Origin: Pristiophorus japonicus
Taxonomy: Eukaryota
NCBI RefSeq assembly: GCF_044704955.1
Contig: NC_091995.1
Span: 86,614,001 to 86,678,000, forward strand
Length of the DNA: 64,000 nt
Reading direction: 5' to 3'
Shown: piece by piece, positions 50,031 to 62,124 of the stretch
Layout: each line of letters opens with the position of its first letter
Position numbering within the stretch: the first letter of the stretch is position 1
Made by a program: the position numbers and the translations under genes
Notes under the pieces: generated by a model
Told to the model about the DNA's origin: nothing
Seen by the model: the letters and a program-made list of their open reading frames with translations, nothing else
Database searches by the model: none

Positions 50031-51022
50031 CAAGTCGTACGGCACCTGTCTTTTTGTAATAGGAACTATCTCATTAAGATCAACAGCAATTGTCTGTTCT
50101 TTCCAATTCTCTCCTTAACTGATTTTGAACAATAAAACCGAATTGATAAATGGTAAAGGACTAGTCTGCTGAAGCACAAAAGTCGATTTAAGCCGATGTG
50201 TGAAATCGGTGTGGTCCTTAACTACTATCCTCATTAGCTTTGTGCGAATGTGTGAACGTGTGTGTTTACACACACAAAATAGATGACACTCAATACTTTC
50301 ACTTAACCTGATCGCTAAGGACAGAATAAATTTGGAGAACAAGCAGAACAACTGAATTTCCTGCTTGCGTTACGTAGGAGATCAGCCATGATCTTATTGA
50401 TGGAGCACACTTGAGGGGCCAAATGGCCTACTCCTGCTCCTATTTCTTATGTTATGTTCTTGTGTACTCTTAATAGCTCTGCATCAAGGGTTTCACAGAC
50501 CTGCTTCCACCCAGCTCCCAGGAGCTTGAGGGAAAAGCCACTCCAATCTTGGCATTTAGATCGCATGGAAACCACTATTTAAAGGTTGCAAAAAAAGGTC
50601 TTGCCATTTATATAGCGCTTTTCATGACCATCGGACATCCCAAAGTGCTTTACAGCCAATGAAGTACTTTTTGAAGTGTAGTCACTGTTGTAATGTAGGA
50701 AACGCGACAGCCAATTTGCACACAGCAAGCTCCCACAAACAGGAATGTGGTAACCAGATAATCTGTTTTTAGTGATGTTGGTTGAGGGACAGTTATTGAC
50801 CAGGACACCTGGCGATAACTTCCCTGCTCTTCTTCGAAATAGTGCCGTGGGTACTTTTATGTCCCGCTTTTATGCCCTTCTCCTCCAGGCGAAAACTGCC
50901 CTGTAGGCGCTAACGTGGCTATAAAAAGGGGCAATTTCGCCCCCTAAGATTCCACAGAGGCGACCATTGCACCTGCAACCTATAAACCAATACATGCAGA
51001 GGGCACTGACAACCCTCTGGTG

Positions 51023-51825
51023 GGTAATTTCTAGTCTGTGGTAAGTTAGCGGATCTTGGCGTCGACAGCAGCTGAGTGCTACACCTTCCTGAAAAAAAAG
51101 ACTTGTCTTTGTGAAGTATAGTCACTTGTAATGTGGGAAACGTGGCAGCCAATTTGCGCATAGCAAGCACCAACAAATAGCAATGTGATCATGGCCAGAT
51201 AATCTCTGTTTTTGTCATGTTGATTGAGGGATAAATATTGGCCTAGGACACCGGGGATAGCTCCCCTGCTCTTCTTGGAAATAGCGTCGTGGGATCGTTT
51301 ACATCCACCTGAGAGAGCGGACGGGACCTCGGTTTAACGTCTCATCCAAAAGTCATCATCATAGGCGGTCTCTTGTATCGAGGATGATTTGCTTCCATGG
51401 CAAAAAGGGATGAGTTCACAGGTGTTTCAATGAAGGACCTAATATTCCAGATCCCAAACTACATGCTGAAGGGTGGAAGATGCCTGTGCGTGGATTTTTT
51501 TAACTTGGGGTGACCGTTGCACACCAGCCACCACACGGGCTTGACAGAGCCAGGTCTTGGTCCATTGGCATGGGTTAACCAAGACAACTGGAGACCAGCT
51601 CTGCTGCACGGACATGTCGCAGTGTGGTCTGCCCCTGGATCTGGTCATGATCACATTGCTGTTTGTAGGTGCTTGCTATGCGCAAATTGGCTGCCGCGTT
51701 TCCCACATTACAAGTGACTATACTTCAAAAAGGCACGTCTTTTTTTCAGGAAGATGGCGCCAACTGTAGCACCCAGCTGCTGTCGACGCCGAGATCCGCT
51801 AACTTACCACAGACTAGAAATTACC
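51023..51825. repeat. Inverted duplication, arms 51023-51200 and 51639-51825
   Basis: GGTAATTTCTAGTCTGTGGTAAGTTAGCGGATC... is the reverse complement of ...GATCCGCTAACTTACCACAGACTAGAAATTACC; ORFs 50919(-) and 51669(+) are near-identical. Confidence 0.92.
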
Positions 51826-52839
51826 TCTCGCCTCTCCTGGATGCTGATCACATTGCACCACAATCGCTCCTGCAACCCAACCTCACCGCTCCTGCTGTAC
51901 CTGCCCACGCTCCAATCAGCAACCTGGACCTTGGCGACGTCCAATCTAATCACCCTCTTCACTGCCGTCGCTCTCCAGCACACACTGTACCTTGAAGTGG
52001 TACGCTCCTTTGAAGGCCCCGACCTGCTGACGATCCTTGCAGATGATCATCCGAAAGACGGCACCTCCGACAGAACAGCATTCCCTCAGCACTGCACTGG
52101 GAATGTCAGCACAAGTCTCCGGAGTGGGACTTAAACTCACAACCTTCTGACTCGCGGGCGAGTGTGCTACCCATGGAGCCACAGCTGACACTGAAAGTGT
52201 TGAATGACTACTGTGATAGGGGCCCAGGGGCAGCACGGGCCAGCCCACACTGCGATATGTGTGTGCACTAGGTCCATGCAGCAGAGCAGGTCTCCAATGG
52301 TCTTGGTTAACCCTTGCCACTGGGTAACGACTTAGCTCTGTCAAGCCTGTGTGGTGGCTGGTGTGCAATGGTCACCACATGTTTAAAAAAATTCCAAGCA
52401 CAGGCATCTTCCACCCTTCAAGATTTAGTTCGGACCTGGAATTTTAGGTCCATCATTGAAATACCTGTGAACTTTTTGGCGTGGAAGCAAGTCATCCTCG
52501 ATTCGAGGGACTGCCTGTGATGATGAAGATCCCCAACTTTGGAGATAAGGCAGCTGAAGGCACGACCACCAATAGTGGAACGATGAGAATCGGGATACCC
52601 AGCAGTTATTGTCTACCCTGTAATCAATGTTTGCCCTCGTTCACAGAGACGATATAGAGACATGTATCCTAATTTCAAGGGACCGCCTAAGATGAGATGA
52701 AAGGCGCGCAAGTCTTTATTTCTTTTTATAAGTTTATTCCTTTATTAGGTGTTCCCATCTAAAAAAAAAGGCAGTAGGATATTTTGTTTCTTATTTTTGT
52801 TTGGTGTGGCCCTGGGACCCTCCAGCCAGCCTCTCCTGC

Positions 52840-53250
52840 TGGCCCACTGAGCCAAGTGCTGCGGGGCAAAGGGGCTGGGCTGTCCAAGATGGCGGCGTAG
52901 GGTTGAGCAACACACACACACAGGCGAGCGCACAATTGCCCCGCAATGACGTCACCTCCGGCCGACCCGACGCCACAAGGGGGTGACGCAGCTTCCGGCA
53001 AAATGGTGGCGCCCACGGGCTGAGTGAGCGAGAGAAAGCTTTTTTTTTAAAAAAAAAAGAAGACGCTGGAAGAATCTGGAAAGGCCGAGCAGCTTCTTGC
53101 GTGGGCGGCGCGGCGGGAATTACAGGACGGAGCGTGGCCGGCCGGCGGGCGAGGAGCGGGTGAGAGCGCGGGTTGCGGGGAGGCTTTTAAATATTTAAAT
53201 CTCTTAATGGCAGCCTTCAGTGAGCGCGGCCTGTGGAGGCGGCCATTGTG
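52840..53250 (+). promoter_or_regulatory. HSPBP1: CpG-island promoter and non-coding first exon of HSPBP1
   Basis: YY1-type CAAGATGGCGGC (52885), CRE TGACGTCA (52947), ETS CTTCCGG; candidate donors GA|GTGAGC (53023/4) and GG|GTGAGA (~53160). Confidence 0.72.
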
Positions 53251-53931
53251 CTCAGTGATGGGGCAGATTATTCCCATCGTCATCACCATCACAGGCAGCC
53301 CCTCGGAATCGAGGAAGACCTAGAAACATGCTCCCACTCTAAAAGTGAGTTCTCAGGTGATTGAACAGTCCAGTGCGGGAATCACAGTCTCTGTCACAGG
53401 TGGGACAGACAGTGGTTGAAGGAAAGGGTGGGTGGGGTGGGGAGGGGAGGGGAGTCTGGTTTGCCGCTCGCTCCTTCCGCTGCCTGCGCTTGATTTTCTG
53501 CCTGCTCTCGGCCAATACTTATCCCTCAATCAACATGACGAAAACAGATTCTCCGGTCGTTATCACATTGCTGTTTGTGAGAGCTTGCTGTGCGCAGTTG
53601 CCTGGGCCCCAAGCTCTGGAACTCCCTCCCTAAACCTCTCCGCCTCTATCTCCTCCTTTCATCATCATAGGCCGTCCCTCGGGGTCGAGGATGACTTGCT
53701 TCCACACCAAAAATGAGTACTCAGGTGACTGATGATCTCATTTTAAATGGTGGAAGGTGACTGTGAATGAATTCTTTTAACGTGAGGTGGCCGTTGCACA
53801 CCAGCTACTTTAAGTCGCCCCTTAAAACCTACCTCTTGGTGCCCTATCCTGATATCTCTTTTTATAATCACTTGGTGTCATCTATAAACTTGGACATATG
53901 GCTCTCTATTCCTTTATAAGTCATTTATAAA

Positions 53932-54710
53932 TATCACAGGCAGTCCCTCGGAATCGAGGAAGACTTGCTTCCACACTAAAAGTGAGTTCTCGGGTGGCTG
54001 AACAGTCCAATACGGAAATTCCAGTCTCTGTCACAGGTGGGACAGACAGTGGTTGAAGGAAAGGGTGGGCGAGGAGTCTGGGTTGCCGCACGCTCCTTCC
54101 GCTGCCTGCGCTTGGTTTCTGCATGCTCTCGGCGACGAGACTCGAGGTGCTCAGCGCCCTCCCGGATGCTCTTCCTCCACTTAGGGCGGACTGGTCTTGG
54201 ACCAGGGACTCACCAGAGTCGTTGGGGGGGGATGTTGCATTTTTTCAAGGCGGCTTTGAGGGTGTCCTTGTCATGTTTTCTCTGCCCACCTGGGGCTCGC
54301 CTGCCGTAGCTCGGAGTAGAGCGCCTGTTTCAGGAGTCAAGCATCGAGCATGCGGACGATGTGGCCCGCCCACCGGAGCCAGTCGAGTGCGGTCAATGCC
54401 TCGATGCTGGGGATATTGGACGAGAGAGATCGCTGACGTTGGTGTGCCTATCCTGCTAATAAATTTGCAGGATTTTGCCGAGGCAGCGTTGGCGGTACTG
54501 TTCCCGTGCTTTGAGGTGCCTGCTGTACATAGTCTATGTCTCCGAATCTTAGAGGAGGGCGGGTATCACTACTGCTCTGTTGACCGTGAACTTGCTGTTG
54601 CGTTTGAGATCCTGGTCTTCGAACATTTTTTTCCTCAGGCAGCCGGATGCTGCACTGGCACACTGAAGGTGGACTTCGTCATCGATGTCTGCCCTTGCTG
54701 ATAGTATGCT
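53932..54710 (-). mobile_element. RTE LINE 3' fragment
   Basis: Same tail and body as 31635-32060; shorter copy at 53280-53500. Confidence 0.8.
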
Positions 54711-55391
54711 CCCAAGTTATGGTAAGTGGTCCACATTGACCAAGGTCTCATTGTGGATCTTGATAACCGGGGAGCCGTACTGTGTGGCGGGCGGCTGGTT
54801 GGTAGACGACCTGTGTCTTACTCTTATATGGTCATTATCACATTGCTGTCTGTGGGAGCTTGCTGTGCGCAAATTGGCTGCCGCGTTTCCTACATTGCAA
54901 CAGTGACTTCATTGGCTGTAAAGGGCTTTGGGACATCCAGTGGTAGTGAAAGATGCTATATAAATGCAAGTCTTTCTTTCTATAGTGCCACCCTCGGGAT
55001 GTCCCAAAGCGCTTTACAGCCATTGAAGTACTTTCTTTTGGAGTGTAGTCACTGTCGTAATGTAGGAAACAGGGCCTTGGTTTAACATCTCATCTGAAAG
55101 ATGGATATGATAGGAAAGTGAAGATGAGGCAAGACCATCAGGCCCATATACGATCCATTTGACAGTAGAGCCTCATACACCAGTCTCCTCATCAGCCAAT
55201 AATGCTAATTCAGTCATGAAAACTCGAGATTATTCCTATCCAAAAGCAATGGGGGCTTCCACCTCACTGGAGTGGTGGAAAGAATTTGGTGCAGCTTTGA
55301 AGATTTTCCTCGTTCACACTTTCCTCATCCACAATAGTTGCTTGATGATTAAAAGATTTTTTTTTTCCTTCCAGATTGAGGTTACTTTAAA

Positions 55392-55517
55392 ATGGCGGAA
55401 GGTGGACCTGAGAGAAACAGGCAGCATCCAAACAATCTCCAGGGTCTGCTGAGACTCGCAGTGGAGGCAGGGTCCGTGGGTGACACCGCTCCTGAATTAC
55501 ATCCCATGACAGAAGAT
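55392..55517 (+). CDS. HSPBP1: HSPBP1 coding exon 1 (exon begins 55375)
   Basis: AAAATGG Kozak; MAEGGPERNRQHPNNLQGLLRLAVEAGS...PMTED (Fes1/HspBP1 N-terminal NLQGLL motif); T|GTAAGT donor. Confidence 0.92.
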
Positions 55518-55633
55518 GTAAGTATGATTCTACTTGACCTTTCCTCCCCTTCCACACCCTACCTAATGGTCTACTGTTTAAAGGCATCGCAAGCTGTACA
55601 GATCAGACAGTTTTACATTCGATCACTGGTCAT

Positions 55634-57115
55634 TAATCTCCTCCAGCCCCACAATCCCACCGAGATGTCTGCGCTCCTCTAATTCTGCCCTCTTGAGCAT
55701 CCCTGATTGTAATCGCTCAACCACCCGTGGCCGTGCCTTCTGTTGCCTGGGTCCCAAGCTCTGGAACTCCCTGCCTGAACCTCTCCACCTCTCTACCTCT
55801 CTTTCCTCCTTCAAGATGCTCCTTACAACTGACCTCTTTGACCAAGCTAATTTCTCATGCAGCTCGGTGTCGAATTTTTTTTATCTCGTAACACTCTGGA
55901 GCGCCTTGGGACGTTTCACTACATGAAAGGCGCTATTTAGATACAAGTTATTGTTGTTTAGACAAGATTCCTGATGTGAGCCTGGGGAGCAATACAACGA
56001 CTGACTGCAGCTTTTGGAAACCGGAAACAAAAACGGAAACATGGCAGGTCAGGCAGCATTTTATTGTGTGTGTGTGGGAGGGGGCCATTCAGCCTCTCAA
56101 GCCTGATCCACCACTCAATGAGATCGCGGCTGATCTGCGACCTAACTCCATATACTCGTCTTTGCCCATATCCCTTTATATGTTTGGTTAACAAAAAGCT
56201 ATCAATCTCAGATTTAAAATTAACAATTAACCCAGCATCCAATTTGCGGAGGAGAGTTCCAAACTTTCACCACCCTTTTTGTGTGTAGAAGTGTTTCCTA
56301 ATTTCACTCCTGAAAGGTCTGGCTCTTAATTTTTAGACTATGCCCCTAGTCCTAGACTCCCCAACTACCAGAAATAGTCTCTCTGTCTACCCTATCTGTT
56401 CCCCTTAATATCCTGAAAACTTTTATCAGATCACCCCTTAACGTTCTAAATTCCAGGGAATACAACACTACTATGTGTAATCTCTCCTCATAACTTAACC
56501 CTTGACTTCTGGGTGTCATTCTGGTAAACCTATGCTGCACTCCCTCCAAGACCAATTTGGTTAGGCCACAGCTGGAGTACTGCATGCAGTTCTGGTCACC
56601 GCCTTACAGAAAGGATGTGATTGCAATGGAGAGAGTACAGAGGAGATTTACGAGGATGTTGCCAGGAGTGGAGAATCTCAGCTATGAGGATAGATTGGAT
56701 AGGCTGGATTTGCTTTCCTTGGAACAGAGGAGGCTGAGGGGAGACCTTATTGTGCAGTATAAAATTATGAGGGGCCTAGCTATAGTGGATAGAAAGGGCC
56801 CATTTCCCTTCGCAGAGAGGTCAACAACCAGGCAGCATAAATTTAAAATAATTGATAAAAGGTTTAGAGGGGATTCGAAGGGAAATTTCTTCACCCAGAG
56901 GATGGTGGGGGTCTGGAACTCGCTGCCTGAAAGGGTGGTAGAGGCAGAAACCCTCACCACATTTAAAAAGTACTTGGATGTGCACTTGAAGTGCTGTAAC
57001 CCACAGGGCTACGGACCAAGAGCTGGAGAGTGGGATTAGGCTGGATAGCCTCTTGTTGGCCGGCGCGGACACGATGGGCCGAAATGGCCTCCTTCTGTGC
57101 TGTAAATTTCTATGA
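55634..57115. mobile_element. L2 fragment (55634-55958, +) and back-to-back CR1 fragments (56080-56550 -, 56557-57115 +)
   Basis: RAFCCLGPKLWNSLP; VRPQLEYCMQFWSP...FFTQRMVGVWNSLP. Confidence 0.87.
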
Positions 57116-57257
57116 TCGGTTACATTGGTTTGTCCACTAAGATGCTGCGAGGTGGGGGTGCTATTTTTCCCCTTTAGTCCACCCGCTCCTCTGTGTAGTG
57201 CGTGTATTGCTGCAATTTAATAACGGCCTCTCTCTCTTTCTGCCTCTGTCCCCTCAG

Positions 57258-57441
57258 CGCAGACAGTGGCTGCAGGAAGCATTGTCGGACGCATTTAACG
57301 GACAGCTGGATGAAGTTAAACAGATCAAAGATTGTCTGCAAATTCTGGACACATCCGACGACGACACAAGCGAGGAAGGACGGAGGTGGAATGCACTCGA
57401 TACTGTGTCGGACTTGTGCGAAAACCTCGACAATGCAAGAG
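57258..57441 (+). CDS. HSPBP1: HSPBP1 coding exon 2 (184 nt)
   Basis: RRQWLQEALSDAF...DLCENLDNAR; CAG acceptor, G|GTACGT donor. Confidence 0.95.
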
Positions 57442-58133
57442 GTACGTAATGTTATCCGTGAGGCTTGGGAGTCTTTTTCCCATTTTTATTCAGACTTTAA
57501 AAAAAAGACTTTCATTTATACAGCGCTTTTCACAACAGTGGGACATCCCAGAGCGCTTTACAGCCAGTAAGAGCATAAGAAATAGGAGCAGGAGTCGGGC
57601 ATTTGGCCCCTCGAGCCTGCGCCGCCATTCAATAAGATCATGGCCTCAGCTCCACTTCTCTGCCTGTTCCCCATAACCCTTCACTCCTTTATTGTTCCAA
57701 AATCTGTCTATCTCCACTTTGAATATATTCAATGGCCCAGCCTCCACAGCTCTCTGGGGCAGAGAATTCCAAAGATTCACGACCCTCTGAGAAGAAATTC
57801 CATCTCATTTCCATTTTAAATGTTCTTAAACTATACCCCTAGTTCTAGATTCCCCCATGAGGGGAAACATCCTCTCTGCATCTACCTTGTCGAGCCCCCT
57901 CAGAATCTTTATGTTTCAATAAGATCACCTCTCTTTCTTCTAAACTCCAATGAATACAGGCCCAACCTGCTCAACCTTTCTTCATAAGACAGTGAAATAC
58001 TTTTGCAGTGTAGTCACTGTTGTAATGTTGGATACGATGGGGAGTGGGAACCATGGCTGATATTCTCCACTAGCTAGCCCCGGGGAACTATGGTCACTGA
58101 GTCGGCAGATTTATTAACCTCCCCTTTGCTTAG

Positions 58134-58358
58134 ATTTCTGTAAGCTGGCCGGCATGCAGCTGGTGGTGACAAACTTCCTGGAATGCCCGGACCCCGAGCT
58201 GCGATGGCGAACGGCACACCTCATCGGCACGTGCAGCCAGAATAACCCCTTCGTCCAGGAGCACGTGCTGAGCCTGGGCGCCATGCCCAAACTGCTGGAC
58301 CTCCTGAACAGCGACAACAGCGAAATGGTTCGAATCAAGGCTCTCTTTGCTGTATCGT
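58134..58358 (+). CDS. HSPBP1: HSPBP1 coding exon 3 (225 nt, ARM repeats)
   Basis: DFCKLAGMQL...LRWRTAHLIGTCSQNNPFVQE...VRIKALFAVS; T|GTAAGT donor. Confidence 0.96.
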
Positions 58359-58480
58359 GTAAGTGCCTCGCCTTGCGTGATCATATCGGGGGGGGAGGGG
58401 GGAGGGAGGAAGAGAGATATTTGAGAGAGACATTAGAAGGCGGGCAAAAGTTTCCTCTGTTAGCCCCTGTATTGAAAGAG

Positions 58481-58924
58481 AGAACTTGCATTTATATAGC
58501 GCCTTTCACAACTTCAGGACGTCCCAGAGTGCCTTACAGCCAATGAAGTACTTTTTGAGTGTAGTCACTGTTGTAATGTGGGAAACCCGGCAGCCAATTT
58601 GCGCACAGCAAGCTCCCACAAACAGCAATGTGATAATGACCCAGATAATCTGTTTTTTGTGATGTTGATTGAGGCGTAAATTTTGGCCCCAGGACACCGG
58701 GTATAGCTCAACTGCTCCTCTTCGAAATGGGATCTTTTACATCCATTTGAGAGGGCAGCTTAACGTCTCATCCGAACGACGGCACTTCTGACAGTGCGCC
58801 ACTCCCTCAGCACTGCACTGGGAGTGTCGGCCTAGATTTTTGTGCTCAAGTCCCTGGAGTGGGGCTTAAACTGACAACCTTCTGACTCAGAGACGAGTGT
58901 GCTACCCGCTGAGCCACAGCTGAC
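58481..58924 (-). mobile_element. Full-length DeuSINE
   Basis: Head, core and tail on the minus strand. Confidence 0.9.
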
Positions 58925-59093
58925 TATAGTCACATTGCCGCCTAATACTGGCACAGGTCTGAGCGACTGCTGCACTGGCTTGTATATGCTGTTACGACAG
59001 GAGCAGGTGTTTGTAATGCTGCGCAACGTTTGAAAGTTGACGAGATGTTAATTTAACTCTGTTTATTCCCCCCCCCCCCCCCCACCCTTTCAG

Positions 59094-59249
59094 GCTTGGT
59101 GCGCGAGCAGGAGGCTGGCTTGTTGGAGTTTGTCGAGCACGACGGTTTCTCGGTGTTGATGAGGGCCATGCAGAGCGGCATTGAGAAGCTGAAGGTGAAA
59201 GCTGCCTTTCTGCTGCAGAACCTGCTCATCAGCAGCCCTGAGCACAAAG
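59094..59249 (+). CDS. HSPBP1: HSPBP1 coding exon 4 (156 nt)
   Basis: CLVREQEAGLLEFVEHDGFSVLMRAMQSGIEKLKVKAAFLLQNLLISSPEHK. Confidence 0.96.
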
Positions 59250-59609
59250 GTCAGAATTTGGCTTAATAATGGAGGGGTGGGAGGGGGGCTGGGGGGAATC
59301 GGAGCGGGTGCGCGTGCGTGTCTTCCTTGCCCAAACTTAATGTGCTGCGATTGGGTTTGTAATTTTTTTTTTTTTTCCTTCTCCCACTTTTTTCTCCTCT
59401 GCTCTCCTGAAGGTGCTGACTCGTGCTCGGATACAGTTCCACACAGGCCCGTTGTCCCCAGTAAGTATTGGCAGGCTATTCAATCACAGGAGGCCTCGTA
59501 GCTCAGCACGATTCTGCCCTTATTGGACAGCCATACACACGCGCGCTCTTTTCCAGCAAGAGTCACTATAATAAATACCAGAAACGCCCAGATCGTTTTT
59601 CTTTTTTTA

Positions 59610-60335
59610 ATAGTTCATTGGATGTGGGCGTCGCTGGCAAGGCCGGCATTTATTGCCCATCCCTAATTGCCCCGTGAGAAGGTGGTGGTGAGTCGCCTTC
59701 TTGAACCGCTGCAGTCCGTGTGGTGAAGATGCTCCCCCAGTGCTTTTAGGGACGGAGTTCCAGGATTTTGACCCAGCGATGGTAAAGGAACGGCCGATAT
59801 ATTTCCAAGGCAGGATAGTGTGTAGCTTGGAGGGGAACGTGGAGGTGGTGGTGTTCCCATGCGCCTGCTGCCCTTGTCCTTCTCGGTGGCAGAGGTTGCG
59901 GGTTTGGGAGTCTTGGCGAGTTGCTGCAGTGCATCTTGTGAATGGTGCGCACTGCAGCCAGGGGGCGCCGGTGGTGGAGGGAGTGAATGTTGAAGGTGGT
60001 GGATGGGGTACCGATCAAGCGGCCTGCTTTGTCCTGGATGCTGTCGAGCTTCTTGTGTGTTGTTGGAGCTGCACTCATCCAGGCAAGTGGAGAGTGTTCC
60101 ATCACACTCCTGACTTGTACCTTGTAGATGGTGGAAAGGCTTTGGGGAGTCAGGAGGTGAGACACTCGCCGCAGAATACCCAGCCTCTGACCTGCTCTTG
60201 TTGCCACAGTATTTATGTGGCTGGTCCAGTTAAGTTTCTGGTCAATGGATGTTGATGGTGGGGATTCGGCGATGGTAATGCTATTGAATGTCAAGGGACG
60301 GTGGTTAGACTCTCGCTTGTTGGAGATCTGATTTC
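59610..60335 (-). mobile_element. CR1-group LINE 3' fragment of a distinct family, partner of the second SINE
   Basis: IDQKLNWTSHI...QRLGILRR...IYKVQVRSVME..PLAWM...LDSIQ; 3' end shared with SINE 4396-4902. Confidence 0.85.
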
Positions 60336-61013
60336 TCACAGACGTGTCTGCCCTAGTGTGTGTGTGGTGCCCTCTATAGTTGAATGACCGCCTAATACCC
60401 GTACCTGTCTCGGGGCCACTGAAGCTAATTGCTCTCCAACCGCTTCCCAGGCTGCGATCAGCTGAAGCAACGAAGATCAGATTTCGTATCTGGAGCCAAC
60501 TGCTCTAAATAGCTTTTGGAGCACGGCAGCCAGCACAGTGACCCCACTCGGGAGGAGTTCACACTGTAGCATCAGTGCTGAATGGTCTTGCTTCACACCC
60601 ACTCTGTGATTCCAGTGAAAAGGCAGTCAGAGCGTGACCTGACCTGACACAAGAGCCAAGAAAAGGAGGACAGGCCGTTTAGACCATAACACACAATTTA
60701 CACACTGTAGCTTTAGCATCAGTGCAAAGCCTGGGCACTGATGCTAAACTTGCAGTCAGCAGGGAGCTGGGAGGCATGTTGCTTGATGCCAGCTGCCATT
60801 TATTCCGGGTCTATGGACGTGCGACGTTTCCTTGAAAAGCTGTTACAGCAGCACAGTGCGCCTGTAGTTTTGTTCCTCTTGTGCCATTGAGAGTCAAGGA
60901 TTAAGTGAAGCTCAGCCAGTTTTCGGTCTCACAAGCCAAGCTCCCAAGGTTTCAGTCCTTGCTGACTTGGCTACTCTTGTATTGAAACGCTGCATTGAGC
61001 CTCTAAATTATCG

Positions 61014-61470
61014 GTGTCAGTGGGCAGCACTCTCGCCTCTGAGTCAGAAGGTTGTGGGTTCAAGTCCCACTCCAGAGACTTGACCACAAAAATCTAGGAA
61101 TTCCAGGGCAGTGTTGAGGGAGCGCTGCACTGTCGGAGGTGCCGTCTTTCGGGTGAGCATTAAACCGAGTCCCCGCCTGCGCTCTCAGGTGGACGTAAAC
61201 GATCCCACAGCCACTATTTCGAAGAAGAGCAGGGGGAGTTATCCCTAATGTCCTGGCCAATATTTATCCCTCAATCAGCATAACGAAAAAAACAGATTAT
61301 CTGGTCGTCATCACATTGCTGTTTGTGTGAGCTTGCTGTGCGCAAATTGGCTGCTGCGTTTCCCACATTTACAACAGTGACTACACTCCAAAAGTACTTC
61401 ATTGGCTGTAAAGTGCTTTGAGACGTCCGGTGGTTGTGAAATGCGCTATATGAATGCAGGTCTTTCTTTT
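61014..61470 (+). mobile_element. DeuSINE
   Basis: Head, core and tail. Confidence 0.9.
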
Positions 61471-62027
61471 CTCCTGTGTTCACACCCCGTCCCTCGACCC
61501 ATGTTGGACGTACACGTGCAGAACCCTCGGGTAAAGGCAGGATCGGGCGACGCTCCCCCACCCCCCCCAGGTGTTCGAATAGCCTGCTAACACTGCGGAC
61601 ACAAATAGAACTGCAGTTCAGCAAAGAGCCAGTGCTTCAGGCGGGGAAGGGGTGAAGAACCAGGCTTGATGGGACATATTGAGAGAGCACGACAGAGCTG
61701 CACTGCCCAGGTGCAACGAGAGCATATCAACGGGTTTAAATTCCCCGTGCTCCAAGCAGTGTTCCTTTTGGGTGTGTGGCCCATTCAAAATACCGCGTAT
61801 TGCGCAGGAGCTGCAGAGTGCTGTGCAGGCGCGTGGCTGGAAGGGAACATTGGCTCCCAGCAGTCCTGGTGATGTGCAAGCAGATCCCTGGAGCGTCCTT
61901 TTAACAATAGAAAGGCAGGAGTATTGCCTTTTTAAAAGAGGGGAGGCAAGTAAATGAAATGTAGCGGGGACGTTGAAACCGCAAGTCCAACAGTAAAGAT
62001 TAAAGTTTGCTACTTTGCTTCCTACAG

Positions 62028-62124
62028 ACGTGCTGTGCTCAATGGGGATGGTACAGCAGTTAGTGTCGCTCATACAGACCGAACATGATGCCTTCCATGA
62101 GCATGTTCTGGGTGCACTGTGCAG
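62028..62124 (+). CDS. HSPBP1: HSPBP1 coding exon 5 (97 nt); gene continues beyond the window
   Basis: DVLCSMGMVQQLVSLIQTEHDAFHEHVLGALC; CAG acceptor, AG|GTAGGT donor. Confidence 0.95.

Noticed and set aside
3677-61470. tRNA-like A/B-box sequences as tRNA genes
   Set aside because: All continue into SINE bodies; they are SINE heads.
3693-61624. Recurring short ORFs such as ...HIAVCGSLLCANWLPRFPHYNSDY... as a multicopy peptide family
   Set aside because: Translations of the DeuSINE core in varying frames with no conserved start or stop.
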